Shown here: positions 17,237 through 31,534 of the stretch, piece after piece
Layout of the letters: each line of letters opens with the position of its first letter
Numbering within the stretch: the first letter of the stretch is position 1
Source of the DNA: Neocallimastix sp. 'constans'
Taxonomy: Eukaryota
Assembly (NCBI GenBank): GCA_050613775.1
Contig: JBODTK010000158.1
Coordinates: 186,001-250,000, forward strand
Reading direction: 5' to 3'
DNA length: 64,000 nt
Program-made: the position numbers and the translations under genes
Notes under the pieces: generated by a model
Told to the model about the DNA's origin: nothing
Seen by the model: only the letters and a program-made list of their open reading frames with translations
The model's database searches: none

Positions 17237-18350
17237 AGGACATTAATAAACCAGTTTTCAATGTCAGAAATACACTCTACTGTTCTTTCAATAAAAAATA
17301 ACAAAGCACCTGGTCCAAATACTAAGACAACAGAATTTTTAAAAGTATTTTTCAAAACACTACTTCTCATAATGATCCTAATCAAGAAGTTAATTTTATT
17401 TCATATGTGCAAAATGTCTATTTTTATGATTTAATAAAATTTATGGTTGTGATGCAGACTTCATGAATGGTATTCTGCATCTATTGTTTCCATTCCTAAG
17501 TAAGGGGATCTTTCAGATTGTAATAATTTCCATAGTATTTCACTTATCAATGTAGGAATAAAGATTCTATTAAAAATTTTAACTAGAATTTCAGATGATG
17601 CCTTTTCTTATGGAATTATCAGACCAGAAGAGTTTGGTTTTAGAAATAAAAAAGTATGTATTAATTTATTTGTCTCAATTCATGAAATTTGCCAAAAAAA
17701 AAAAAAAAAAAAAAAAATTTAATGTTCAATTTACCTTTCTTACTTTTCTTGACCTCAAAAACATTTATGAATTCAGTTCCAATTCATAATATACATAACA
17801 AAACTTAATAATATTGGTGTTTGTAGTAAATGCCTTCAGTTCATTATTAATCAATACCTTACTTTAAAAAATTGTGCAAATTTTAAAATTAATGGTAAAC
17901 TTTCAAAAAGAATTTCCAATGTATCGTGATGTTCGCCAAGGATATCTTTTATCACTTACTTTATTTAATATATTTATCAATCAATGACATATTTGATAAA
18001 TGCAAGAAATATGATGTGATTACTGAATTACTAAAAAAAAAAAAAAAAGGTGAAATGGTGACTTATTTGTTGATGACATTGTTTTGTTGGCCCACTTCAA
18101 AAATCCTCTATTAAAAACCTTTTTAATAAAGCTCATGATTGAGGGTATTAAAAATGAAATGACCTTTATAATCAGCAAATGTGCTACACTTGGTGTTAAA
18201 CCAAAGAACTTTATACCTTCAAGACATTATGAAAACCCCACATTTAAACTTGGCAAGAACCATCTACCGAAAACTAATCAATATACGAATCTTGGAATAC
18301 TTTTCAATGAATCACTGAATTTAAAATCTATTATTGTTTAGATGAACAAG
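17237..18350 (+). pseudogene. Degenerate LINE reverse-transcriptase relic related to the 14755 element
   Basis: Frameshifted translations KNNKAPGP, EWYSASIVSIPK*GDLSDCNNFHSISLINVGIKIL, GIIRPEEFGFRNK, TFLDLKN, NEMTFIISKCATLGVKP and YTNLGILFNE. Confidence 0.88.
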
Positions 18351-18789
18351 AAAATAATAGTATTAACAATAACAACTTAAATGAAAATACTACAGTAAAT
18401 GAAAAATTAATGGAAAATAATAATTTTATTGAAAATAACAATATAAATGAAGAAGACATTAACTTATCAGAAGAAAATAATGAAGTCAGAAAAAAATTAT
18501 TTAAATGAAATTTATTAAAATGAAGAAATTAATTTAAATGAAATTGACAATTTGAAAGGAATTTCTTTTTTTTTTTTTTTTTTTTTTTTTTACTAAAAAA
18601 TAATAACAAAATTACCAATAATAAAATTAATAATTTAAAATATAATACAATTTTAAAAGGAAATATTAATAAAAAATAATAATAATTCTCAGAAAATTTT
18701 CTTACATAATAATATTCCTGTCAATAGTATAAATTTTACTGATAATAAAATTGAAGATCCCGGATTGAAAAACGAAAATGAAACAAATT

Positions 18790-19292
18790 TACAAGATATA
18801 AAAACACTCAATGGATCTTTACAGCTATAATATTTTAAAAAATTTAAAGGCTTATTAACCATGGTAGTACATTTATTTACACTGAAGGACATTTCAATTT
18901 TATTGGTCCTGTTAAATACATGACAAAGGAGAGCTTTCATTTTAGTTACAATTGGTGTAATTAACACAATATTCTCAACAAAGAGACCAAAAAACTTTTT
19001 TTTTATTTCCAAGATTCACACCATATGTATCATAATTATCTAAAATATCATTTATAAACAAATTAAATAATATAGGAGATAGTGGACAACCTTGTCTAGC
19101 CCCTCAATTAATAGGAAATTCATCAGATAGCATGTTTAAGTAACGAGCTTCTGCTTTGGAAGTAAGGTAAAAAAAATTTATGTTACTTATATAAACGTTA
19201 CACAAATTATCTAAATTGATTGCTAAGCAATAAATGTATATATTTAATATATATTCCCTAATGTACTTTCTACTTCTCTTCTTGTTAACCAT
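18790..19292 (-). pseudogene. Third LINE RT fragment, opposite orientation
   Basis: YLTSKAEARYLNMLSDEFPIN*GARQGCPLSPILFNLFINDILD...GLFVENIVL...EMSFSVNKCTTMV aligns with the 14755 ORF; the catalytic DD has decayed to EN. Confidence 0.88.
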
Positions 19293-19338
19293 AATACTTA
19301 TGTATTATTATATTAAATTAATAAATAACTTATATCAA

Positions 19339-19648
<310 letters not shown>

Positions 19649-20382
19649 ATATTCAAAAAAAAAAAAATAAAAAAAAAAATAAAAAAATTAATTATACAAT
19701 TCATTTCATTTAAAATATAATTACGTTTTGTATATTTGACTTTCTTAATAAATATTAGTTTATTTATTAAAATATAAACTTATTTTATGATTATTCTTTA
19801 AAATTTATTATTAAGTAATTTTTTTTTTTTTTTTAATTTTTCATTAATTAATAATTATTTTTATTGATTTATAATCTTTTTTACTTATTTTCGATAATTA
19901 CTTTACTGAAAATAAGATATAATATTATTTAAGAACAAATAATAAAACATTTATCATAAATGGATTATTTAATTTTTAGATACATACTAAAAATATTTTT
20001 TAAAAAAAAATAAATATACTATAATTTGATGTGAAATTTAGAATTTTTGTAATATCTAATTATGTAAATTTATTGTTAATAAATTAGTATGTATATAATA
20101 AATATCTGTAATTATTTAATTTATTATTGCTTAAATAATATTTATTTGAAATATTAAAATTTCAAACAAAAATAATAATTAGAATGACTAAATATTTTGT
20201 CAATATTGAATTGTTAAAAAAAATCAATAGAATTAATATATATATATATATTATTTAATAATTATATTTTTAAACAGAAAATAAAACTCAAAATAAATAT
20301 TTTATTTCATGCTTTAAAAAGAATATAATCAAATGTTTTTTATTTATATATATATATTTAATTTTCTATTTAATTCAGACTA

Positions 20383-21205
20383 TTAAAATTCAATACCTTC
20401 CATTTCAATTTTTTCTACTTTCGTACATGATTCAATATTTTTTGCAAACTGTTTTTGAACTTTTTTCATAATTTCATCATTACTATATGCAAAAATAAAG
20501 AAAAATCCATCAAAATTTTTATCATAGTTAAAAGGTTGAACTGGAACGCTATAATAACAAGCTTCATCAAGAGGTAAACCATCATGGGATACTAGAAAAT
20601 TAATTCTTTCATATTTATAAAGTTGCCATTCATTCAATAAGTATTTATATTCATCAATAAAAGATTTGATATCATTTGCTAATTTAACAAGAGCTAATTT
20701 ATTTAAAAAACATTGATGGTCGCATACATAATCAGATAGGTTTTTATAGTTTTTGAAATATTCAGGATATTTATTTTTAAGGTCATTTAATGTATTTTTG
20801 AATTCTTCAGTATTATCAAGTTTTATTTTAAGTTCATATTCATTTAGGTCTTCATCTTCATCTTCATTTATTGTTTCAGTAGGTTTTGGTGAAGAAGTTA
20901 TACTAGATTCATCATTTTCATCTATTGTTTCAGTAGGTTTTGGTGAAGAAATTATAGAAGGTTCATCATTTTCAGTAGTAGAAGTAAAAATAGTTGATTC
21001 AGTTTCCGTTGGAATAGGAGTACTAGAAGATATCTCAATAGTACTGATTACTGTTTCAATAGATTGAGAATTGATGGTTTCAATTTTATTATTAATCTCT
21101 TTTTTTTTTTTTTTTCTAGCTTAACAAAGCATTTTCTTCCATGAATAAGAGATAAAAGACATAATAAAATAACCAATTTTGTGAAGAAACAATTTTTCCG
21201 AACAT
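20383..21205 (-). CDS. Putative secreted protein (signal peptide, Thr/Ser/Glu-rich linker, Cys-containing C-terminal domain), frame broken at two A-homopolymers
   Basis: Adding one A to the A5 run near 21195 and one to the A16 run (21100-21115) gives MFGKNCFFTKLVILLCLLSLIHG|RKCFVKLEKKKKKEINNKIETINSQSIETV...SSPKPTETI (x2)...YVCDHQCFLN...EACYY...MEGIEF*. The frame is open from about 21099 to 20383. Confidence 0.72.
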
Positions 21206-22881
21206 TTTCAGTATTTATTAATTAATATCTAAAATACTATTTTTCTTTATTATTTTATTTATTACCTTTAATATCTTTATCAAAATTTTAAATTTTTTTT
21301 ATTCTATTATATTTTAATTTTATATTTTTTTTTTTTTTTTTTTTTTTAATTTATTTTAAGATTAGACATATACTTTTTTATTTTTTAATTATTTATGTTT
21401 TAATTTTTATTATAATTATTATTATTTTAATTATTATTATTATTTTTATTATTACTTTTTTTTTTTTTTTTTTTTTTTGAAATTATTATATATTTTAAGA
21501 TAATATTTTTTCTTTTTATATTTAAAAAAAAAAAAAATTATTTTATTAAATAATTTGTGTCTTGTTATACAAATAAATAATAATATATTAAATTATTTGT
21601 GTCTTTAAAATATATTTTCAACTATTTTAAATTAATAAATAATAAAGTATTGATTTATTTGTGTCCTTAAAAATATATTTCAAATTAATTAATAATATAC
21701 TAAATTATTATTAAAAAAACTTTTATGATTAAAACAAAAAGATGCTAATAAAATTTCAATGAAAGTATATTAATCCTTTTGTCCGTATGATTATTATTAC
21801 ATAGTAGTAAATATTAATAAAAATAATATAAATTATACATTATATTAAAATATTTTATTAATATTTTACTTTATATTTTATTTATATTAAAATATTTTAT
21901 TAATATTTTACTTTATATTTTATTTATATAAGTATAGTATTTTTTATAATATACAATTAAGTAAAATATAAAATTAGAGTAAAAATTACATAAACACTAA
22001 AATATAATTAAAAAATGAAGTATTATAATTTTGTAACAATTTCATGCTTTACGATATATAATCTATTGAAATAACAAATACAAAAAAAATTTAAATTTTC
22101 TTAGAATCAAATAAAACTTTTATTTACTTAATGCATTCATTTACATTAACCCTAGAAATTATTTTTTTTTTTTTTTTTTTTTTTTTTTATTTTATTTTTT
22201 ATTTATTGTTACATAAGAATTTTAATTTATTAATTTTTAATCATCATTAAATCCATACAATATCATTTTTTTTTAAAATATTCAGTTATCTATTATAAAA
22301 TATATATAAATTTTATTGGTATTGATACGCCTTGGTTCAGTCTTACTGTGAGAAGTTATATAAATTATTTATGAAATTTATTAATATAATATAATTTTAT
22401 TTACTTATTTATTAAATATTTATTTATTTATTTTATAATTTAAATTTATTTAATTAACTAATAATTTTTATAAATTCATATTAAATATTACTAAACTAAT
22501 CTTATTAATAAAATATATTTATTTTGGCAATTTTTATTATTATAATTTTAACTATTTGAATTGCAAAGAATTAACATAAAAAAAATGTATTCTTTATATA
22601 ATTTTCTTTAATTATAAACTATTTAAAAATAATAAGAAATAAATATTTAGTTAAATATTATAAAAAGTATAATATAAATAATAAAATAATTATAAAATAT
22701 AAAAATATAAAAATATTATAAAAATATAATAAAAATATAATAAAATAATTAAAATAAAATAAAACTTTATTAATTTATAAATTAGTTACATATTTACATA
22801 ACATAAAATTTATGTTATAAATTTTATGTTTACATTAATTTTATGTATTTTAGAGAATTTATGATATTATATAAATTTATA

Positions 22882-23260
22882 TGATATAAAACAAATATGT
22901 GTAGTAACATATTTGTATATTTAATAATAATTATTAAATATTAAATTTATATTTTTTTGATAATTATTTTATTTTATTTTATTTCAATATATATTATTAT
23001 AATTATAATAATTATAATACTTTATTTCATATAAAATTAATATAGTTCTATAGATTAGAATATACAATTAATATATTACCTATTTCTTGTCAATTAAATT
23101 ATTTATATTAGAAATAGAGGACTCTCTTGTAAATTTTTAGGAATTAGAATTATTATTTTAATTGTACTAATATTATAATATTATTAATAAAATTTACTAA
23201 ACTACAATTATTTAAAACCCACTGCTTATAAATTATTGCACATAAAAGTTCCGCATATCA
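22882..23260. mobile_element. Solo LTR, copy 1 (379 bp, TG...CA, 4-bp TSD TATA)
   Basis: Starts TGATAT, ends ATATCA, flanked by TATA on both sides; near-identical copy at 54585-54928. Confidence 0.85.
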
Positions 23261-24794
23261 TATACTTTATCACGTTATTTTTAGATCATTATATAAATCA
23301 TATGATAATTAATCAAATGACTAATTAATTTATTTTTATGTAATTATTAATAAAATAATTTATTAATAATTAAAGTTTTTATTTTCATTTTATATCAGTA
23401 TCATAAATCTAAAATTTAATAAATTTATATGGATAATATATTATAATTTATAATTTTAAACTTCATTTTTTTTTTGAGTGGATTTGTTAATGAAAATTAA
23501 AAATTAATAAGTAAATATGTTATTTTTTATTTTAACATTAACTCAATTTCATTTAAGGAAATATTTCATAACTATATAAAGATAAATATAAAAAGAATAT
23601 AAGCAACATATTCATATATTTAATAATTATTAAATATTAAATTTATATCTTTGTGTCATTGATAGTTTCTGAAATATGTTCTTATTCATATATTAATTAT
23701 ATATTCATATATATTATTAACTATAATATTAAATATATTAAATAATTATTTTATTTTTACATTATATAGGGAATTGCTCCTAGTAATCGTGTAACGTGTA
23801 ACAAGGTGTTATGATTAACTACGATGTACTGGTATGCTATATATAATCACACCAACAAAAATAACTGTTGGACACTAATGGGTGATAGATAACCATTATG
23901 TGTGTGACTATACATTTTATTATACAAAATAAATCATTTTTAAAAAAAAAAAAAAAAAAATAATCAATCGGACTAAATAAAATGATTTTTTTTTTTGAAA
24001 CATTATATTTTATTATTTTTTTAAAATATTAATTTTTAAAGGTAATTAGTAAACCTATATGAAAATTTTAATAACTCATACTAAATTCCTAATTTTACAG
24101 GTCAATTAGTAACTTCTAATTATTATAATTAATATCTAATTTTACCTAGACAATTAGTAACATCTTTCTAAATATTATTTCTTATTCTAATTTATATTCA
24201 TTTCTCAACTAAAGCAATTTCATGAAAGTAATTATTTTTAAAAAAGTATTTGACATCTCCAAATATTTACATATTTTTAATTTATTGTAAATAAACTTAA
24301 TAATTAAGAATCTAAATATCTAAATAGTTTTAATTTTAATTCTTATATTTTAATCAATTTAATCATCATAATTTTACATTATTTAATAATTTAGTATTGT
24401 ATAATTTATATAATTTATATAATTATCTTAATTTATTATTAAAGTTTCATTCATGTAATAATATAAATATTGTGTGTGCACTACATTCTGTGTGACTCAG
24501 TAACATATATATGTTATAATAAATAAAAATAAATAAATAAATAAATAATAAATGATTAAATAAAATAAAGAGAATAAATAAAATTAATTTATATATTTAA
24601 AATATATATTTATTTATAATATATATTAAAAATTATATAATATAGATATAAACGAAAAAAAAAAAAAAAAAAAAAAGATTAACAAGAATTAAGAAAAAAA
24701 AATATTATCATTTTAAATATATATAACAAATATCTAGTTTTTATTAATTTTCATTTTAAATAAATATATTAATTAAAATTGTTGGGTATTGATT

Positions 24795-24845
<51 letters not shown>

Positions 24846-25012
24846 GAATTAAAAATATTAGATAGTTTTTTTATGAATGAAAATAAAAATTAAAAGCACC
24901 ATATTTTTTTCTTTTTCTTTTTTTTTTTCTTTTTCTTTTTTCTTTTTTATTTTTTTTATTTTTAAATAATAATAAAAAAATTAATATAAAAAAAAATTCA
25001 TTTAACATTTTT

Positions 25013-25240
25013 TATTATATTATATTATATTATATTATATTATATTATATTATATTATATTATATTATATTATATTATATTATATTATATTATATTATAT
25101 TATATTATATTATATTATATTATATTATATTATATTATATTATATTATATTATATTATATTATATTATATTATATTATATTATATTATATTATATTATAT
25201 TATATTATATTATATTATATTATATTATATTATATTATTA
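25013..25240. repeat. (TATAT)n pentanucleotide microsatellite
   Basis: Pure array. Confidence 0.97.
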
Positions 25241-25286
25241 TTATTATTATTTTCTTTCATTTTATAATAATAATTGGTATAAAAAA

Positions 25287-26620
25287 ATGGGAAATTTTAA
25301 TAAAAATTCAAATAAGAAAAAAGCTGATAATAAAAAAGATAATACTAAAAAAAATTTAAACAAGATTAATGGGAAGAAATTGACATAAGTGATTTTAATG
25401 AATCACAAAATAGTGATTCAGATTTTAGTTTTACTAAAATCGATGGTTTTCACACTAAATTTAATAACAAAATAGATTCTGATTCTGATACTAATCATGG
25501 TTCTAATTATGGTTCTAATTATGGTTCTAATTATGGTTCATATTCATATTCATATTCAGATTCAGATTCAGGTTCTGGTTCAGGTTCTGGTTCTAGTTCG
25601 GATTCGGATTCGGATTCTGAAAATGAGAATGAAAATGACAATGAAATTAGCAGTTCCAATACTAATAATAAGGTTGACTCTGATTTTGTTAATTCGGATA
25701 GTGATAATGATACTGACGGTGGTTCTGATTCAAGTGAAAAGCATAAAAATGAATCTGATGCTTTCGATAGTGATAGTGATAGTGATAGTGGTACAAACAG
25801 CAGTTCTGATTGAAATAAAAAACATAAAAATGATGATTTATATTTAAGTGAAACACTAGCAAATAGTGAAGATGATGATTCTGATTCTAATAGTGATGTT
25901 ATTATGGATGAAGGTGTTAAGATTTTCATTGAATCAAGAGAATTGAATGAAAAAAAGAAAACCACAAAAACTTTAGTAACAACCACAAAAAAAATTGAAA
26001 ATACATTAGAAAATATACTTAATAATAAAACAAAGAGGTCTAAAGATGGCTAAAATAAGGAGAAGGTGATTCAAAAATTAGTTAAGAAAAAGAATTCCAT
26101 TATGAAGATAATAAATGCATTAAATGAAAAAAGTAATAATGAAACTATAAAAACTAACAAAATAAAATATCTTCAACTGACCAATCAAATTTATCAAAAA
26201 TTAATAGATGTTATGAATAAAATTATAAGAAAAATGATTGAAAATTATATACACATTATTGAAAGAAAAATTTTAAGAAAAAGTAATGAAAGAAATCTAA
26301 ACGAAAACGAAAATACGGAGTTCACATTCAAAACAGAATCTATTGTTACTTTTAAAAAAGTAAATAGAAAAGTATTATTTAGTTATAACGTTTTATTGGA
26401 TTCTCTAAATACTCCAAACTTTAGTAAAAACCTTGATGATTTCATTAATCTTTTAAATGATTTATATATTAACTCTTAAAATTAAAAGAACAAAAAAATA
26501 AATTTTTTTTATTATAAAATATATAAATATAGCTTTTTTATAGACATATGGTAAATAATGAACTTTTTGAATTCCCATATAATTTTAAAGTTTTAAAAAA
26601 CTTAGAAATTTTGTATGCAT
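25287..26620 (+). pseudogene. Disrupted ORF with Ser/Asp-rich N-terminus and helical Lys-rich C-terminus; probably the gag of the downstream Ty3/gypsy relic
   Basis: ATG at 25287, then a frameshift and a long frame SDFNESQNSDSD...GSNYGSNYGSNY...DSDSDSD with in-frame stops (about 25811 and 26051) running into ORF 26066-26479. Same strand as, and about 1 kb upstream of, the gypsy pol. Confidence 0.5.
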
Positions 26621-27479
26621 TAAATTTTTTCCATTTAGGAAAGAAAAAAAAATTATATAATAAAATAACTATAAAGCTAAAAAAAAAAAAAAAAAAAATA
26701 GAAAAAAAGAAAAATATTACATTTTTTTAATAATTAGTATATATATATATATATATATTAAATAGTATTAACATTATTATAAAATTTTTTCACATTCAAG
26801 TGCTATAATCCCTTAGCTGAGTTACTAGAATCAAATTTTGTAAATTTTGTAAATTGATTATTTCCTACTTCACTAACATACAATAAATATATATTTATAA
26901 ATATTATTATTAATAAAATTTTTATTATTACTTTTATTTTATTAACACTATTATGATTATTATTAATAATAGTAATAATACTAGTAGTATTATTCCTATT
27001 ACTAGTATTTTTATAAAAATGATATTATTTTAAAATTTAAAGATTTCTTTAAATTTTTTTTATATTTACATATTTTCCATAGAATCTGATAAAATAATTT
27101 CTCCACTTATATTTTTACTCATGAGATTACTTTAGCGTTTTTTTTTTTTTTTTTATTATTTATTTATTTTAAAATACAATAAAAAATTTTTTAATAACTA
27201 ATAAAGTTTTTTTAAAATATATATTTAAAAATATATATTTATTAATTTTTATCTTATAGTGCTATAAGATTATTGAATTGTTTAATTTCTTTTACCAATG
27301 AACTTGAAATCTGATTATTGTTAAGGTATCTAATAAAAAAATATTTTTGCATTATTAACAAAATATAAATATTTATGTTTTTTTTTTTAGCATTATAATT
27401 ATTTTATTATATAATTTTTTTCCTTTCCTAAATGGAAAAAATTAAATGCATACAAATTTTCTAAGTTATTTAAAATTTA

Positions 27480-29150
27480 TTACCAATAGTTCTGGTAACT
27501 AAGAAAAATGGTAAGTGGAGGTTTTGTATAGATTGTTAAATAAAATTTTAAAAAAAGACGTATACGCAATCCCTATAATTCAAGAAATATTTGATTCATT
27601 AAAAGAAGCTTTTTTATTTTCAATTCTCTTGATCTATTTAGTGGGTATCATTAGATACCTATGTATGAAAGAGACAAGGAATTTACTTCGTTTACAACAA
27701 AATTTGGAAATTATTACTTTAAAGTTATACTATTTGGATTAAAGAACACCCCTACTATTTTCAAACGTGAAATGAATCGTATATTTTTCGATTTAATATA
27801 TAAATGTGAACAAATATATTTGGATGATATTATTGTCTATTTATTATCCATTGAATAGCATTTAATAGATTTGGCTTATATTTTTAGAATTCTCAGGGAT
27901 ACACAAGTAAAAAATGAATATTAAAAATGCCATTTTTGTGTCTTCGGAGTTGAAGCTTTAAGACATTAAATTTCCAATAAAGGTCTGCTCCCTCTAGAAA
28001 AGAAAATTGATGCAATTAACAAATTAGACCTACTAATATTACAGAATTACGTTCTTTTCTTGGTATGGTTGGCGATTATAGAAATTTTATTGAAAACTAT
28101 ACATCCTTATCCTCTCCTTTACGTAAAATTTTAAAGAAAATTTCCACTTTTGAATGGACGGATGTGCATAATGTTAGTTTTAATACATTAAAAAAGGATC
28201 TTACAAATGAAATATTGTCATTTATATAAAAAAATATATTTTCATTTGTAAGATATGCCATTTAAATAGATCTGAGCCTATTCCTAATTTAGTTGAACAA
28301 TTTAGAATTCCTATAGAAGCTCCTTTTGTTAGATAAGGATTGGATGTTATTAGGCCTCTTAAAACTACATCAAAAAGTCATAAATATATCATAACTTGTG
28401 AGGATTATTTTACTTTATGGATAAGAAACAGAAACTTTTCAAACAATCATTTCATAGGACGCTGTTAATTTCTTAGTATATGTTTTTAGTAGACATGGAC
28501 TACCACGCATAATTAGGATAGATAATGGTATTCAATTGGACAGTAATTTCACAAAAATATTCTTAGATCTTTATGGAGTATATATTCATTATGTTGTTTG
28601 ATATTATTCTCCATCTAATGGTCTAGTTGAAAATAGAAATAGTAAAACTGGGAAGCAATTAAGAAATTTTGGTGGTAAAAATGATTATTGGGATACCTTG
28701 TTAACATTGGCTTTATGGGCAATTAGGACTTCTGAATTTTCTGTAAGTGGCTATTCAAGCTTCGAGTTAATATATGGTAGCGAAGATTTACTTCCTAAAG
28801 AAATTACCTTAACGAATTCTCTGGAGGAACCTGTCAAACGCTTAATTGACGAACTATTAATAAAAAGAATTTTGGAACTTACTAAATGAGTAAAAGATGT
28901 TGCAAACAAGAAATTTGGTACAATTAATTACTGGAAGATTAGAAGAGAAGTGAAATGAAGTATGGAAAAACTTCCTGAGTATAAAATTGGCAATAAGGTG
29001 AAAATTAAACAATTTCAAAAACATAAATTGGATCCATATTATATAGGCCCTTATACGACAAAGGAAATAATTTGGAATACCCTGAAACTACAAGAAGATA
29101 GGTCAAGAATAATAATTTATATTAAAAATATTCTACCTTATAGAGAATAA
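27480..29150 (+). mobile_element. Ty3/gypsy pol relic (RT and integrase; RNase H missing)
   Basis: PIVLVTKKNGKWRFCID, DLFSGYH*IPM, FGLKNTPTIFKREM, IYLDDIIVY, LRSFLGMVGDYRNFI; then integrase PFVR*GLDVIGPL, HGLPRII..DNG, PSNGLVENRN, ALWAIRT...GYSSFELIYG and KLDPYYIGPY. RT precedes IN. Confidence 0.93.
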
Positions 29151-29290
29151 AAAATATATATATATAAACCATTTTATTTTTTTAAAAAAAAGTATAAAAT
29201 ATAAAATAAGAAATAAAAAATACAATACAATACAATACAATACAATACAATAAAATAAAATAAAATAAAATAAAATAAAATAAAATAAAT

Positions 29291-29574
29291 AGTAGAATAT
29301 GAATATAAAGTACAGATTGAATAAAATAAAATAAAATAAAATAAAATAAATAGTAGAATATGAATATAAAGTACAGATTGAATAAAATAAAATAAAATAA
29401 AATAAAATAAAATAAATAGTAGAATATGAATATAAAGTACAGATTGAATAAAATAAAATAAAATAAAATAAAATAAAATAAATAGTTGAATATGAATATA
29501 AGGTACAGATTGAATAAAATAAAATAAAATAAAATAAAATAAATAGTAGAATATGAATATAAAATATGGATTGA
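29291..29574 (+). repeat. Compound minisatellite: five copies of a 30-bp core separated by (ATAAA)n
   Basis: Core AGTAGAATATGAATATAAAGTACAGATTGA at 29291, 29352, 29418, 29484 and 29545 (periods 61, 66, 66, 61); the last two copies are mutated. Confidence 0.92.
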
Positions 29575-30408
29575 ATAAAATAAAATAAATATAAATATTA
29601 ATATAAATATAAATATAAATATAAATATTATAAATTATAAAAAAGGTAACTAATGTATTTTATATTCCTAATAGCTAATAATTTATAATTAAAAATAAAC
29701 AAGTATTATACACTTTAATAAAAGCTATAATAAACTCTTTAAAAAGTTTTTTGTTTTTTGTTTTTTGCTTTTTACTTTTATATTTATTCTCTTTATTTTT
29801 TACTTTTTAACACTTTTATTTTATACACCTTTTATAATTTTTTTTTTCGTCTCTTTTTTTTTTTTTTTTTTTTTTTTTTTCATTTGCTTTTTTGCTAAAT
29901 AAATTGGATTTATGGCTTTTTTACTATATTAATATATATATATATCTTTTTTAATACATATATAAATAAAAAAAAAATAAGAATAAGAATAAAATTATTT
30001 ATAGCTTTTTCTGTAAGAATAAATATATATAATATATATATATGAATAATATAATAAAAAAAAATATGGTATAATATGTGTTATTATATTAATAATATTT
30101 GTTCTTTTTTTAATATACATTATTTTAATAAATAAAATAACTAATAAAAGAATTAAATATTAATAATAATAATATTTTAATGAAATAAAAAAATGGTAAA
30201 ATATTTGTTATTAAATTAAATATGCTCGTTCTTTATTTTATATATATTATTTTGATAAAGCAAAATAAATAATAAAAAGAATAAGCATAATAACAATATT
30301 TACAATAATATATTAATAATACTACAACAATATAATTAAAAATTAATCACATAATTGTGTAAATACAAAAATAATTTTCATTTTGTATTATAAAATATAA
30401 CAAAAACT

Positions 30409-30654
30409 TTAAACAAAGAAAAGACCCATACCACTATGTGGGTAATATGGTCTTTCTTTTGAATTTTTAGATTCAGTTTTTAGTGATGAGGCAGTAGTTA
30501 TGTCTCTTACTGAATCATGTTTTTTCATTCCAAATAATGAAAATGGTGTTGAAATATTTTCATTACTTGTTGTCTTTTGTACTACTTTTGGTGCTTCAAG
30601 TGTAGCATTGAAAAGACCATCAAAGAAAGAATTTTGGAAAAATTGTTGCATCAT
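30409..30654 (-). CDS. Small orphan protein (81 aa)
   Basis: Single-exon ORF in a GC-richer island with AAAATG start context and host-like codons; ends YYPHSGMGLFFV*. No family recognised. Confidence 0.6.
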   Translation of the reverse strand: MMQQFFQNSFFDGLFNATLEAPKVVQKTTSNENISTPFSLFGMKKHDSVRDITTASSLKTESKNSKERPYYPHSGMGLFFV

Positions 30655-31490
30655 TTTGAGCTTTTTAATTAATTTTTTAATAAATTTTTAGAAGGTAGTT
30701 TAATATTTTTTTTTTTTTTTTTTTTTTTTTAGTTTTCGTTTTTGTTTTTTTATTTTAAAGTTATTTCTTTTAGTTTGATTTTTATTTACTTTTGATTATG
30801 TTTTGTTTTACTTTTGTTATAATATTTTTTGGGGATTGTTTTTATTTGTTTTATTTTTTATTATTATTTTCAGATAATATTTTCGTACTTTTGAAGGACT
30901 TCAGATAGTTTTTTTTTTGTTTGTTTGTTTGTTTGATTGCTTTACAACACACTTCTTTCTTGTTTTTTCTTGAAAGATCTTTATTATTATAATTTTTTTT
31001 TTTTTTTGAATAAAAATAATATATTTAAAATATTTACAATATATATATATATATTTTTTATTCACTCTATATTATTTTACTTATATTAAACTTTCTTTTA
31101 TCAATAAAAAGAAAAGTTATATTTTACAAATTATAATTGAAAAGGATAATATTTCTTCAATTATAATTATGTGTTATTTCCAACACTGGTATATATTATT
31201 ATTATTATTATTATTATTATTATCAATATAATTTATAAGTAAAATTAATTTCTTATAAGTTATTGATAATTAATAATGAAATGAAATAATTAAAAATAAT
31301 AAAATTGTAAAACGAAATTAAAACAATATATATATATACTTTAAAAAATATTTAAAAATAAATAAATTTTTAAAGGAAAAACGCTAATTTACAAAAAAAG
31401 AAAAAATTATAATAACAAAAAAATTATACAAAAAACAAAAAAAGAATTAAAAAAGAAAAAAACTATAAAAAGTATTTATAATATAATTCG

Positions 31491-31534
<44 letters not shown>

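Noticed and set aside
25287..26479. Stop-codon readthrough or alternative genetic code
   Set aside because: Stops are of mixed type and accompany frameshifts, while host genes read normally; ordinary decay explains them.
29291..29574. CRISPR-like array of 30-bp repeats
   Set aside because: Spacers are only (ATAAA)n rather than unique sequence, there are no cas genes and the context is eukaryotic.
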